From assembly GCA_963776245.1 (NCBI GenBank), contig CAVZLN010000008.1:214427-278426 (forward strand): a stretch of 64,000 bases of DNA, given 5' to 3'. Positions 10,433 to 20,481 of this stretch are shown piece after piece (the first letter of the stretch is position 1; each line of letters opens with the position of its first letter). The notes below the pieces were generated by a model, which had not been told where the DNA came from, ran no database searches, and worked only from the letters and a program-made list of their open reading frames with translations. Position numbers and translations under genes: made by a program. The DNA comes from Candidatus Eiseniibacteriota bacterium. GTDB lineage: Bacteria > Eisenbacteria > RBG-16-71-46.

Positions 10433-11190
10433 CGACCGGCGCCGCGGCCTCCGCCGCGACCTCCCAGAACGTCTTGGGCTCGAGCGGCGCCAGCCCGTGC
10501 CGCCGCGCCAGCCGCGCGAGGCACTCGAGCCGCTCGGGACCGAGGTCCGCCGACGCGTTGCCGAGCGCGCGCAGGCGCACTTCGACGCTCACGCCGTGCA
10601 CGCGTCGCGGCGTGGTGAGCGCGGCCGCGCGCAGCAGGAAGTCCCAGTCCTCGGAGTAGCGGAAGCTCTCGTCGAAGCCCGCGAGGCGCTCGAACAGCGC
10701 GCGCCGCACGCCCCAGGTGCTCGGCGGCACGTGGTCGTCACGGCGCACGCGCGCGTCATCCCAGTCGAGCGCCACCATCTGCCGGTCGAGCTCCACGCGC
10801 GCGCCCGAGGGGTCCACGCGCTCGCGCACCGCCGCCCAGTCGGTGAAGGCGAGGTCGACCGCGTCGTCCTCGAACGCGCGGGTCAGCCGGGCGAGGTGGT
10901 CCGCGCGCCAGCGGTCGTCGTCGTCGAGGAACGCGAGCACCTCGCCGCGCGCGCCCGCGACGGCCGCGTTGCGCGCCGCTGCCGCCTGACCGGCGCGCAC
11001 CGGCACCACCGTCACCTCGAGGGAGGCGAGCGCCGCGGCGGCCTCGTGCGCGGGCCGCTCGCCGTCGTCCGCGATCCGCACCTCGAGCGGGCGCAGGGTC
11101 TGCGCGGCGACCGTCGCGAGCGCGTCGCGCAGCAGCTCGGGGCGATCGCGGGTCGCCATCACCACCGTCACCGTGCGACCGGCGGCCATG
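10428..11190 (-). CDS. Glycosyltransferase family 2
   Basis: Translation [31 protein letters not shown] shows a GT2 N-terminus. A DDD-type motif ([10 protein letters not shown]) and YSEDWDF are present. Length is 253 aa. Confidence 0.75.
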
Positions 11191-11196
11191 GGCTGC

Positions 11197-11767
11197 TCAG
11201 CCCCGGGACGGCCCGTCGCCGCGCAGCGCCTGCGCCCAGCGCGGCTCCGCGAGCGCGCCGCGGACGGTGCGCGTCTCGATCCAGCCGGTCGTTGCGGATC
11301 GCCGCGCATCTCCATGCACAGGTGGCGCGCCTCGAGCACCACCGCCACGCCGCGCGGCGCCAGCAACCGCTCGAGATGGTCGGCGATCTGTGTGGTGATG
11401 CGCTCCTGCAGCTGCGGCCGTCGCGCGTAGCGGTCCAGCAGCCGGGCCAGCCCGCTGATGCCGATGATGCGCTCGCCCGGCAGGTAGGCGATCAGCGCGC
11501 GCCCGAAGAACGGCACGAAGTGGTGCACGCACACCGAGTGGAACGGCAGGTCGCGCGCCAGCACCAGGTCGTCCCCCCCGGGTGCGGGAAGGTGACGAGT
11601 TCGGGCTCGGTGGCCGGATCGAGGCCGTCGAAGACCTCGAGATACAGGTCCGCGACCCGGGCCGGGGTGGCGTCGAGCTCGGGCTCGGTGGCCGGGATCG
11701 AGACCGAGGGCGCGGATGAGGCTGGCGACGGCGCGCTCGGCGGCGGCGCGGTCGGGGCCGGGACGGC
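11197..11767 (-). pseudogene. folE: GTP cyclohydrolase I (FolE), readable only across 3 frameshifts; either a pseudogene or consensus indel errors
   Basis: FolE segments appear in three minus-strand frames: [14 protein letters not shown], then [32 protein letters not shown], then [24 protein letters not shown]...[14 protein letters not shown], then [12 protein letters not shown]. The shifts lie at an extra G in gccggg at 11691-11696, at a 7-C homopolymer at 11573-11579, and near 11255-11280. GGGAGGG ribosome-binding site plus GTG start at 11765-11767. Confidence 0.7.
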
Positions 11768-11829
11768 TCGAGGCCACGTATCCCTCCCGCGAAGCGGCGG
11801 GGCCGGTCGTTCGACCGGCCCCGCGAAGA

Positions 11830-11906
11830 TGGAGCGGAAGACGGGATTTGAACCCGCGACATCCACCTTGGCAAGGTGGCGCTCTACCGGTCTGAGCTAC
11901 TTCCGC
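11830..11906 (-). tRNA. tRNA-Gly (anticodon GCC)
   Basis: Reverse complement reads GCGGAAGTAGCTCAGACCGGTAGAGCGCCACCTTGCCAAGGTGGATGTCGCGGGTTCAAATCCCGTCTTCCGCTCCA. A 7-bp acceptor stem pairs perfectly, with D, anticodon (loop TTGCCAA) and T arms and a CCA 3' end. Confidence 0.85.
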
Positions 11907-12034
11907 ACGATTCGAGTGGGGGGAATATAGCGTTCCCGCTTCGCGACCGTCAAGACAGCGCACGCGCGCGGCCTCGGGCCAATCGCGCCCGGAGCGGCGT
12001 TCCGATGCGGAGGGGGCTTGGGTATAGTGCGCCC

Positions 12035-13238
12035 ATGCCCTTGCTGGTCCAGAAGTACGGCGGCACCTCGGTGGACGGCGCCGAGCGCATCCGCGCGGTG
12101 GCGCGCCGGGTCGCCGCCGCGCGCGCGGCGGGCAACGACACCGTGGTGGTGGTGTCCGCGATGGGCCACACCACCGACGAACTGCTGGCGCTCGCACGCG
12201 AGGTCTCGCCCGCCCCGAGCCGGCGCGAGCTCGACATGCTGCTCACCACCGGCGAGCGCGTGTCGATGGCGCTGCTCGCGATGGCGCTGCACGACCTGGG
12301 GGTGGACGCGATCTCGTTCACCGGCTCGCAGAGCGGCGTGCTCACCGATTCCGCCCACGGCGCGGCGCGCATCACGGGCGTCCGCCCCGACCGCATCCGC
12401 GCGGAGCTCGAGCGCGGGCGCGTCGTGATCGTGGCCGGCTTCCAGGGCGTGAACCCCGAGACCCGGGAGATCACCACGCTCGGCCGGGGCGGCTCCGACA
12501 CCACCGCCGTGGCGCTGGCCGCCGTGCTCGGCGGCGACTGCGAGATCTACACCGACGTGGCCGGGGTGTTCACCGCCGACCCGCGCGTCGCCCCGGGGGC
12601 GCGCCTGATCCCGGAGCTCTCCTATCGCGCGTGCTCGACGCTCGCCCACCTCGGCGGGCGCGTGCTGCACGCGCGCTGCGTGGACCTCGCCGCGCGCCAT
12701 CGCGTGCCTCTCGTCGTGCGTTCGTCGTTCGACGACGTCACCGGGGACGCGGCTCGTGGAGGACGACATGGAAGGACCGCACGTCGACGCGGTGACCCAC
12801 CGCGACGACTGTTCGATCGCGATCGCCGAAGGCAACGCCGGCGCAGCGGCGAGGCCCGCGGCATCCTCGAGGCGGTGGCCGCCGGAGCTGCCCGGGCTCG
12901 AGCTCGTCGCGCACGAGCAGGACACCGCGACGCACGGCGCGCATCGTGTGGATCGGGCACCCGCGCGGAGGTCGCGGAGCTGCAGGCGCGCTTCCGCGAA
13001 CTGCGCGGGCCGGGCGGCGAGTGGCGGCTCGAGGTCGTGAACGACGCGGCGTTCGTCTCGGTGGTCGGCCTGGGGCTGGGCGCGCCCTCAGGCGGCACGC
13101 GCGGAGGCGGCGCTCGAGCGCGCCGGCGTGCCGCTGGTGGCGCTGCGCGTCACCCCGACCGCCCTCATCTTCCGCGTGCCCGACGACCGCTGCGAGGACG
13201 CGGTGCGCGCGCTGCACGCGGAGATGATCGAACGGGAC
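12035..13238 (+). pseudogene. lysC: Aspartate kinase, intact for the first 235 codons then readable only across about 6 frameshifts
   Basis: The N-terminus [22 protein letters not shown]...VRSSFDD is a contiguous match to the kinase domain. The ACT-domain segments are then split over all three frames: [31 protein letters not shown], then [13 protein letters not shown], then [11 protein letters not shown], then [11 protein letters not shown], then [22 protein letters not shown], then [22 protein letters not shown]. The stop codon is at 13236-13238. Confidence 0.75.
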
Positions 13239-13259
13239 TAGCGGGACGCCCGCGCCGTC

Positions 13260-14480
13260 TCAGCGGCGGCGGCGCTCCAGCAGGGCGGCCCAGCCCACGC
13301 CCGCCAGCCAGAGCAGCAGCACCTCGACGCTCATCCGATAGCGCAGCACGGTGTAGTAGCACGAGATCATCAGGGTGTAGGAGAGGATGCCGAGCGGGAA
13401 GGCGACCAGTCCGGCGCTCGCGATCCGACCGAGGCCGAGCAGCGCTCCCGCGAAGATCGCCAGGCTGCACGTGCCCTGCGCCCAATCGGTCACCGAGGTG
13501 CTGTAGGGGACGCGGGTGTGGGTGCGAGGGAACAGCGCCCACAGGTTCCGCACCCGCAGCAGGTAGAGCCACGCCGCCCGCCCCGGGTGCTCGCGGATGA
13601 ATCGCCTGCCCGCCTCGTAGTAGAGGTTCTCCTGCTGGGCCGGCTGGGGGAGCCGGGCGATCACCGCCCGCATCGAGTCCGGCACCACCGGGAAGTACGT
13701 GGTGCCTCCCGTGTACGCGGGGTTGTTCCCCATCCAGAACACGCGTCCGCCCCCCACCGTGATGAGGAACCAGCGCCCATGGACCTGGTGGTTGCGCACG
13801 ATCCACGGCAGGATCACGAGCGCGAGCGCCGCCGCGAAGGTCGCCCCCCACCGCATCATCCGCGCCCACCCGTGCCGGCGCAGCTGGAGGAACGCCCCGG
13901 CGGCCAGGCCCGGTAGCAGCGTGAAGAGCGTCGGCTTGCCGAGCAACGCGATGCCGTAGAGCGCGCCGGCCCCCAGCCAGCGCACCACCGAGGGGCGGCG
14001 CAGCGCGAAGGCCAGCATCCCGAAGGCGAGCACGGTCTGCAGCAGCAGCAGGTTCTCGGCATAGTGCGCGATCGGCAGGTACGCCATCACCGGATGCAGC
14101 GCGGCGAGCGCGGCCGCCAGCCATCCGGCAGCCGGCGAGAACAACGCGACCCCGAAGACCCCGATGAGGACGACCGTGCCGGTCGCGAGCGCGGCTTCCA
14201 CGAGACGCAGCGCGAACAGGTTGCGGCCGGTGACCGAGTACACGGCCCCGATCAGCACGGGGTAGGCGGGCGCAAGGTAGAAATCGGCGGTGTAGCGGTG
14301 CTCCGACGCCAGCAGCCAGCCGGCCTGCTCGTTGGCGCGCCCGTCCGGCCAGGCGATGGTCGGGGGCGCGGTGAACACGAACGCCAGCCGCAGCGCGAGG
14401 GCCACCCCGATCACGGCCGCCCACGCCGCCGGGCCGCGCGCCAGGCGATCGAGCCGTCCCCCGGTGACTCCCGCGCTCAT
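13260..14480 (-). CDS. GT-C membrane glycosyltransferase, GT39/83 (PMT/ArnT-like) family
   Basis: 406 aa with about 10 TM helices. The N-terminal [23 protein letters not shown] region is typical of PMT_2-type dolichyl/undecaprenyl-phosphate-sugar-dependent transferases. Confidence 0.75.
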   Translation of the reverse strand: MSAGVTGGRLDRLARGPAAWAAVIGVALALRLAFVFTAPPTIAWPDGRANEQAGWLLASEHRYTADFYLAPAYPVLIGAVYSVTGRNLFALRLVEAALATGTVVLIGVFGVALFSPAAGWLAAALAALHPVMAYLPIAHYAENLLLLQTVLAFGMLAFALRRPSVVRWLGAGALYGIALLGKPTLFTLLPGLAAGAFLQLRRHGWARMMRWGATFAAALALVILPWIVRNHQVHGRWFLITVGGGRVFWMGNNPAYTGGTTYFPVVPDSMRAVIARLPQPAQQENLYYEAGRRFIREHPGRAAWLYLLRVRNLWALFPRTHTRVPYSTSVTDWAQGTCSLAIFAGALLGLGRIASAGLVAFPLGILSYTLMISCYYTVLRYRMSVEVLLLWLAGVGWAALLERRRR

Positions 14481-16009
14481 GGCTTCAGCATCCCGCGCAC
14501 GGTCTCGATCGACGGCACGTCGTCCGTGGTGACCCGGGCGCGCGCCTCATCGTAGAGGGCGTCGTAGCCGTCGGCGCTCACGCGCCACGAGAAGTCCGCC
14601 GCCATGCCGTTGCGCTGGAGCGCGCGCCACAGTTCGGGCTGGCGATGGAACGCCAGCGCGCGGCGGAGCGTCTGCACCATGTCGTGCGGGTCGAAGCGCT
14701 CGAAGGTGAAGCCATTCCCCTCGCGCATGATGGGATCGAATTCGCGCACGGTGTCGGCGAGCCCGCCCACGGCGCGCACCACCGGCACCGTGCCGTAGCG
14801 CAGGCTGTACATCTGGTTGAGCCCGCAGGGCTCGTAGCGCGACGGCATGAAGAAGATGTCCGCCCCGCCCTCGACCAGGTGCGCGAAGGGCTCGTCGTGG
14901 CCGCCGCGGTAGTGGAAGCGCTCGGGGTGCCGGGCGGCGAGGCGCCGGAACAGCTCCATGTAGCGCGGTTGCCCGGTGCCCAGCACGACGAAGCGCGCTT
15001 CGAGGCGCGACAGCTCGTGCTCCGCCTGCTCGACCAGGTCGAAGCCCTTCTGGACCACGAGGCGCGACGACCATGCCGATCACCGGCCAGTCGGGCGCCC
15101 CCGGCAGCCCGGCTTCGCGCAGCAGCACGGCCCGATTGGCGGTCTTGCGCTCGAGCGTCTCGCGGTCGTAGCGGCTCGGCAGGTGGGGATCGCGCGCCGG
15201 ATCCCAGACCGCGTCGTCGATGCCGTTGAGGATGCCGCGAGCACGTCGCCGCGGCGCTCGAGCAGGCCCTCGAGGCCGAACCCGAACTCGCCGGTGGTCT
15301 GCATCTCGCGCGCGTAGCGCGGGCTCACCGTGGTGATCATGTCCGCGAACACGATCCCGACCTTCATGTAGTTCACGCGGCCCCAGAACTCGAACGGGCT
15401 GGCCGGATAGAACAGGTCGCGTCCGAAGCCCGCCAGCCCGAGCACCCACGGATCGTAGATGCCCTGGTAGCCGAGATTGTGGATCGTGAACACCGTCGCG
15501 ACCCCGCCGAACGCCAGTTCGTAGGCGTCGTGGGTGCGGACAAAGCACGGCGCCCACGCCGCCTGGTGGTCGTGGGCGTGGATCACGTCGAAGCGCTCGC
15601 CGATGCGCTTGAGCCCCTCGAGGGCGGCGCGCGCGAAGAACAGGAAGCGCTCGGCGTTGTCGGGCCAGCCCTCGCCGGTGTGCGGGTCGTCGTACACGCC
15701 GGGGCGGTCGAAGAAGCGGCGCTCGCCCGCGTGTCCGACCAGCAGCACGCGCGGACCGGCGCCGGGCGGCTCGAGCAGCGAGAACCCCGCGGGCTCGCGC
15801 CCCATGCCCCACGGCACCAGGGCGCCGTCGAGCTCGCGGTGGGACCAGCCCGGCGGCACCTCGAGTGTCGCGTAGCGCGGCAGCGCCACGGTCACGCGGT
15901 GACCGCGGCGCGACTGCTCGGACGAGAGCGCGCCGATGACGTCGCCGAGCCCGCCGACCTTGACGAACGGCGACATCTCGCTCGCGATGTGCGCGATCGT
16001 GAGCTTCAT
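14477..16009 (-). pseudogene. glgA: Glycogen synthase (ADP/UDP-glucose type), split by 2 frameshifts
   Basis: N-terminal frame gives MKLTIAHIASEMSPFVKVGGLGDVIGALS. The middle frame gives ILNGIDDAVWDPARDPHLPSRYDRETLERKTANRAVL. The C-terminal frame gives VQKGFDLVEQ...FMPSRYEPCGLNQMYSLRYGTVPVV. The shifts lie near 15230-15260 and 15060-15075. Confidence 0.8.
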
Positions 16010-16028
16010 CGAGGCCCCGCGGCCCGGC

Positions 16029-17042
16029 TCAGGCCTCGACCGCGATCTCGCGCAGGTACTGCGCGGCGTCCTCAGGCGGCGTCGGGTTGATGTAGAAGCC
16101 CGATCCGATCTCGAACCCCGCGACGCGCGAGAGCTTCGGCATGATCTCGAGGTGCCAGTGGTAGTACTCGAGGTCGCCGTCGCTCACCGGCGAGGTGTGG
16201 ATGACGAAGTTGTAGGGCGGGCGCGTCAGCGCGCGGTCGAGCCGCCACAGCACGTCCTTGAGGATCGCGGCGAAGTCGTGGAACTCGCCGGGATCCTCGA
16301 CCGACTGGAACGCGGCGTCGTGCCGCCGCGGCAGGATCCAGGTCTCGAACGGGAAGCGCGGCGCGAACGGGGCGAGCGCGACGAAGCGCTCGTTCATGGT
16401 CACCACGCGGCGGCCGTCGTTCTCGGCGGTCTCCTGCTGGACGATGTCGCAGAAGACGCAGCGCTCCTTGAGCTCGAAGTAGCGCCGGCTGCCCTCGAGC
16501 TCCTCCTGCACCAGGCGCGGGATGATGGGGGTGGCGATCATCTGGGTGTGGCCGTGCTCGATGGTCGCGCCCGCCCCCGCGCCCTGGTTCTTGAAGATGA
16601 GCACGTAGCGGAAGCGCCGGTCGCGGTGCAGGTCGAGCATCCGCTCGCGATAGGCGACCAGCATCTGCGCCAGGTGCTCGACCGGCAGGTCGTGCAGGAC
16701 CCCGTCGTGCTGCGGACACTCGATCACCACCTCGTGCGCACCGATGCCGTTCATCTTGTCGTACAGCCCCTCGCCGCGGCGGTCGAGCGTGCCCTCGATC
16801 TGGAGCGCCGGGAACTTGTTCGGCACCACGCGCACCGTCCAGCCCGGCGTGTTCTGCGCGCCGCCGCCGGGCCGGTAGGCGTACACCTCGGGCGGGGTCT
16901 TGTCCTCGTGACCGGGACAGAACGGGCAGAAAGTCGGCGACTTCGGGACCGGAGCGGGCTCGAAACTGCTGGGCCTCCTGCTGCGCTCGGTGGAGATGAT
17001 GACCCACCGACCGACCACCGGATCCTTCCGTAGCTCAGGCAT
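16029..17042 (-). CDS. galT: Galactose-1-phosphate uridylyltransferase family (HIT superfamily) enzyme
   Basis: 337 aa. Contains the CPFCPGHE zinc motif, the active-site HGHTQ motif, and the IHTSPVSDGDLEYYHWHLEIMPKL C-terminal repeat half. Confidence 0.85.
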   Translation of the reverse strand: MPELRKDPVVGRWVIISTERSRRPSSFEPAPVPKSPTFCPFCPGHEDKTPPEVYAYRPGGGAQNTPGWTVRVVPNKFPALQIEGTLDRRGEGLYDKMNGIGAHEVVIECPQHDGVLHDLPVEHLAQMLVAYRERMLDLHRDRRFRYVLIFKNQGAGAGATIEHGHTQMIATPIIPRLVQEELEGSRRYFELKERCVFCDIVQQETAENDGRRVVTMNERFVALAPFAPRFPFETWILPRRHDAAFQSVEDPGEFHDFAAILKDVLWRLDRALTRPPYNFVIHTSPVSDGDLEYYHWHLEIMPKLSRVAGFEIGSGFYINPTPPEDAAQYLREIAVEA

Positions 17043-17192
17043 GAGCTTCCTCGTGTGCGTTGCGGTGTCGGCGGGCCGGGGCGGGCCCGTCTCCGATGGG
17101 AGTGTCCGAGTCTAGGGACCGGCGCCACGCGCGGTCAAGGCGCGGGCGGGCCGGTGCGGGAAGGCCGGCGAGCGCGCCGCAGCGCCCGCGGC

Positions 17193-18436
17193 TCAGGCTC
17201 CGGCGGCCCGTGCGCGCTCCTTCGCGGTCTCCTCGAAGAGCTCCCGCAGCAGGCTCTCCTCGCCGGGCGCCAGCGAGCGGCCGCGCCGCGACAGCGCGAT
17301 GCGCGCCGTCGCCAGGAACGGCTCGAGCCGGTGTTCGACCGTGGCTTCGCCATCCCACCACGCGAACGGCGCCACCGCGGCCGGTGCGAAACGCCCGCCG
17401 CCGAACAGGTTCGCGCCCACGCCGACCGCGCGCCGGTGGGCAGCAGCGTGCCGATGCCGGTCTTCACGTGCGCGCCGACCACCGCGCCGACCTTGGGGTT
17501 GCCGCTGTCCACGCGCGTGCCGTCGATCCACACCCGCACCGGTCCGTAGTTGTTCTTGAGATCGCTGGTGGTGGTGAGCGCGCCGAGGTTCACCCATTCG
17601 GCCAGCACGCTGTGCCCGACGAAGCCGTGGTGGCGCTTGTTGCCGTAGCCCTGCCACACGCACTCCTCGACCTCGCCCGCGATCCGGCACTCGGGGCCGA
17701 ACGTGGTGCGCGAGACGGAGCCGCCGAGCAGTTGCGTGCCCTCGCCGACCACGCACGGCCCGGTCACCACGGTGTGCGAGCGCACCAGCGCGCGCGCGCC
17801 GACGCGGATCGGGCCGGCGCTCGCGTCGAGCACCGCGAGCGCCTCCACGCGCGCGCCCGCCTCGACCACGATGCGCTCGGGCGCCCGAAGCACCGCGGAC
17901 GGGTGCACGTCGCCCGCGACGCGCCCGCGCTCGTCCGCGAGGTCGGCGGCGATGGCGTCCGCGTTCCACTCCACCAGGTTCCAGGGGAAGGTGACGAAGC
18001 GCGCCTCGGGCACCGCGACCGCCGGCAGGCCGAGCCCGAGCAGGAACGCCTCGAAGTCCGCGCCCCGGCCGAGCCCGGGGGCCACCATCTCGAACGGCAG
18101 CCGCGCGCCCACGATGCGCCCGTCGCCCACGAACAGCGCCGGAGCGCGCGACGCGAGCGCGTCCGCGAGCCACGCCCCGGGGAGCGCCGCGGCGTTGAAC
18201 GCCAGCACCTCGTCGCCGCGCCGCGGCGCGGTGGCCTCGATCGCGGGGGCCTCCCGCCAGGCGCCGAGCGCGCGCGGGCGCGCCTCGACGGCGAGCAGCG
18301 GCACGCCCGCGGCGCGGCGCCAGCGCTGCCCGAGCGCCGACGCGCCGAACGCCAGCGCCGGCACCGGCAGCACGTCGGTGAGCGGACGCAGGCTCCGCCA
18401 GTGGCGGTCCTCGTACACCACCAGCATCGCGCTCAC
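17193..18436 (-). CDS. GlmU-like sugar nucleotidyltransferase with a C-terminal left-handed beta-helix; one frameshift
   Basis: The N-terminus MLVVYEDRHWRSLRPLTDVLPVPALAFG is the alternative-GlmU-type signature. Hexapeptide repeats occur in CVWQGYGNKRHHGFVGHSVLAEWVNLGALTTTSDL. The last roughly 85 aa (AVGVGANLFGGGRF...EETAKERARAAGA) are in another frame, with the shift near 17440-17465. Confidence 0.6.
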
Positions 18437-19303
18437 CGCGCCCCTCCCGCGAACCGGAACACGCCGGTGAACCCGGCGAGCGCGGCGCGGCGCCGGAGGC
18501 TCTCGGAGGCCTCGTCACCGACGCACGCCACGGTGCGCACCTTGTACAGCCCGCGCTCGCGCTCGACCACGAACGGCACCATGAGCTGGGACTCCGCCGC
18601 GGCGCGCAGTCCGGCCGCGCGGACGCGATCCGCGGGGGCGCCGACCTGGACCCGCCAGCAGCCGCCGGCGGCGGGGGCCGCGGGCGCCGGCTTCGCCTCC
18701 CCGGGGGTCGCCGCGGGGGCGCTCGGCGCGGCGGCCGGCGCGGCTCCCGGGACGCGCGCTCGCGCTGGTGTCGGGCGCGAGCAGGCGCTCGAGCGTGCCC
18801 GGCCGGTCCCCGAGCGGCTGGGTCGGCGCGGGCACCGGCACGTCGGCGGAGGTGCTGTCCGCGGGCGGTGCCGCCGCGCTGCCCGACGAGTCGGACGCGA
18901 CCGCGGGCGAAGGAGCGCCCGAGGCGGCCGACGCGGGCGGCACGGCCGCGCGCGCGGCCAGCAGTTCCTCGCGGGTCGGCGCGGGGACGCGCTCGCTCGC
19001 CGCCAGCGGCTCGGGGATCGCCGCCAGCACCGCGCGTCCCTCGGGCGAGACCGCGGTCGTGTCCACCGCCGCGCTCGCGGGGGACGCGGATGCGGGCGGC
19101 GCCGGCCGGGGCGCGGGCACGCCCGTCGCGGGCGGCGCGGGCCGCGTGCCCGGGGACGAGATGGGCATCATCCCGGCGCAGCCTCCGACCCCGAGAAGGG
19201 AAGCGCCCAGGACCAGGCCCAGCAGGACCAGGCCGCACGGGACGACGCGCGCCCGGGGTCGGCGATCGCGGGTTCCGCGGCGCATCGGCCGGCCCCCGCT
19301 CAT
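18433..19303 (-). CDS. SPOR-domain lipoprotein (peptidoglycan-binding); one frameshift
   Basis: ATG at 19301-19303 overlaps the manC stop (ATGA). There is a signal peptide with a lipobox (LLGVGGC). An Ala/Pro-rich linker follows. A C-terminal SPOR fold (CWRVQVGAPADRVRAAGLRAAAESQLMVPFVVERERGLYKVRTVACVGDEASESLRRRAALAGFTGVF) is readable only in the +1 frame from about 18750 to the stop at 18433. Confidence 0.6.
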
Positions 19304-20352
19304 GCCCCGCTCCGCGCCCGCACCGTCTCGGCCACCTGTCGCACCTGCCCGCTGTCCTCGAGCCGGCAACAGAGCGTCGAGCCCTCGGCGTGCACCACCA
19401 CCATGTCGCGCAGACCCATCGCCGCGGCCGTCCCCCCGTCGCCCACCACCACGCATCCGTCGCACTCGATCGCCACCGCGTCGCCGAACAGCACGTTGCC
19501 GCGCGCGTCGTGGGTCTGCCGCCGCGCCCACGCGCTCCACGAGCCGAGGTCGTCCCAGTCGAACGACGCCTCGAGCACCAGCGTGTTGGGCGCCCGCTCC
19601 ATCACCGCGTAGTCCACCGAGATGGACTCGAGTCCCGGGAACACGGCGTCGAGCGCGCGCTCGAATCCCGCGTCGCCGTCCTCCCAGCGCATCGCGTCGA
19701 GCGGCGCGTGGAGCGACGGGCGGAAGGACTCCAGCGCGTCCAGGAAGGTCTTCGCCCGCCACACGAAGATGCCCGCGTTCCAGGCGTACTCGCCGGTGGC
19801 GATCCAGGCCTCCGCGCTGGCCCGGTCGGGCTTCTCGGTGAATCTCGCCACGCGCGACAGGCGGTCGCCGACGGCGGCGCCCCGCTGGACGTAGCCGAAG
19901 TTGGTCTCGCCGTGCGTCGGGCGGATGCCGAACGTGAGCAGCACCGGCTCCCGCTCGCACGACTCGAACGCGCGCGCGAGGTCGGCCGCGAAGGCGTCCT
20001 CGTCGTCGATGGCGTGGTCCGCCGGCAGCACCGCGAACGAGGCCTGGGGCGCCTCGGCGCGGAACAGCACAGCGGCCGCTCCGGTGGCCGCCGCGGTGTT
20101 GCGCAGCATGGGCTCGCCCAGCACCCGCACCCCGGGGCACTCGCGGCGCACGGCGTCCACCAGGTCGCGCGCCGTGAGGATCACGATGCGGTCCCGGGGC
20201 GCCACGCGCCGCGCGCGATCGAGCGTGGCCGCGAGCAGCGAGCGCCCGCCCTTCGCGAGCGGCAGCAGCTGCTTCGGCCGGCCGGGACGGCTCCACGGCC
20301 AGAACCGCTCGCCGCGGCCGCCGGCGAGGATGAGGACGAATCGATCAGGCAT
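19300..20352 (-). CDS. manC: Mannose-1-phosphate guanylyltransferase
   Basis: 350 aa. MPDRFVLILAGGRGERFWPWSRPGRPKQLLPL shows the NTP-transferase fold, and conserved manC mid-region motifs are present. Confidence 0.85.
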   Translation of the reverse strand: MPDRFVLILAGGRGERFWPWSRPGRPKQLLPLAKGGRSLLAATLDRARRVAPRDRIVILTARDLVDAVRRECPGVRVLGEPMLRNTAAATGAAAVLFRAEAPQASFAVLPADHAIDDEDAFAADLARAFESCEREPVLLTFGIRPTHGETNFGYVQRGAAVGDRLSRVARFTEKPDRASAEAWIATGEYAWNAGIFVWRAKTFLDALESFRPSLHAPLDAMRWEDGDAGFERALDAVFPGLESISVDYAVMERAPNTLVLEASFDWDDLGSWSAWARRQTHDARGNVLFGDAVAIECDGCVVVGDGGTAAAMGLRDMVVVHAEGSTLCCRLEDSGQVRQVAETVRARSGA

Positions 20353-20481
20353 GCGAGGGTCTCCGGTGCGTCACGACGGACCCGGCAGGATAGGCTCGAC
20401 CGCGACCGCCGGCAAGGGCCGCCGGCCCGCGCGCGGCCGCCGGGCACGGCCGCCCCGCGGGGCGCGCGCCCGGGCGACCGG

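Noticed and set aside
11603-11702. Two copies of a 21-22-bp direct repeat (gggctcggtggccgg(g)atcgag) 78 bp apart. It could be taken for a repeat element or att-like site next to the tRNA gene.
   Set aside because: It lies inside folE and encodes two similar peptide segments ([10 protein letters not shown]) of the FolE N-terminal region. It is protein-level repetition, not a mobile-element or CRISPR feature. No integrase or other mobile gene is nearby.
11492-11866. ORF 11492..11866 on the minus strand (124 aa), overlapping the tRNA-Gly gene
   Set aside because: Its only meaningful part is the frameshifted middle segment of folE. The N-terminal portion runs through the tRNA and the promoter region.
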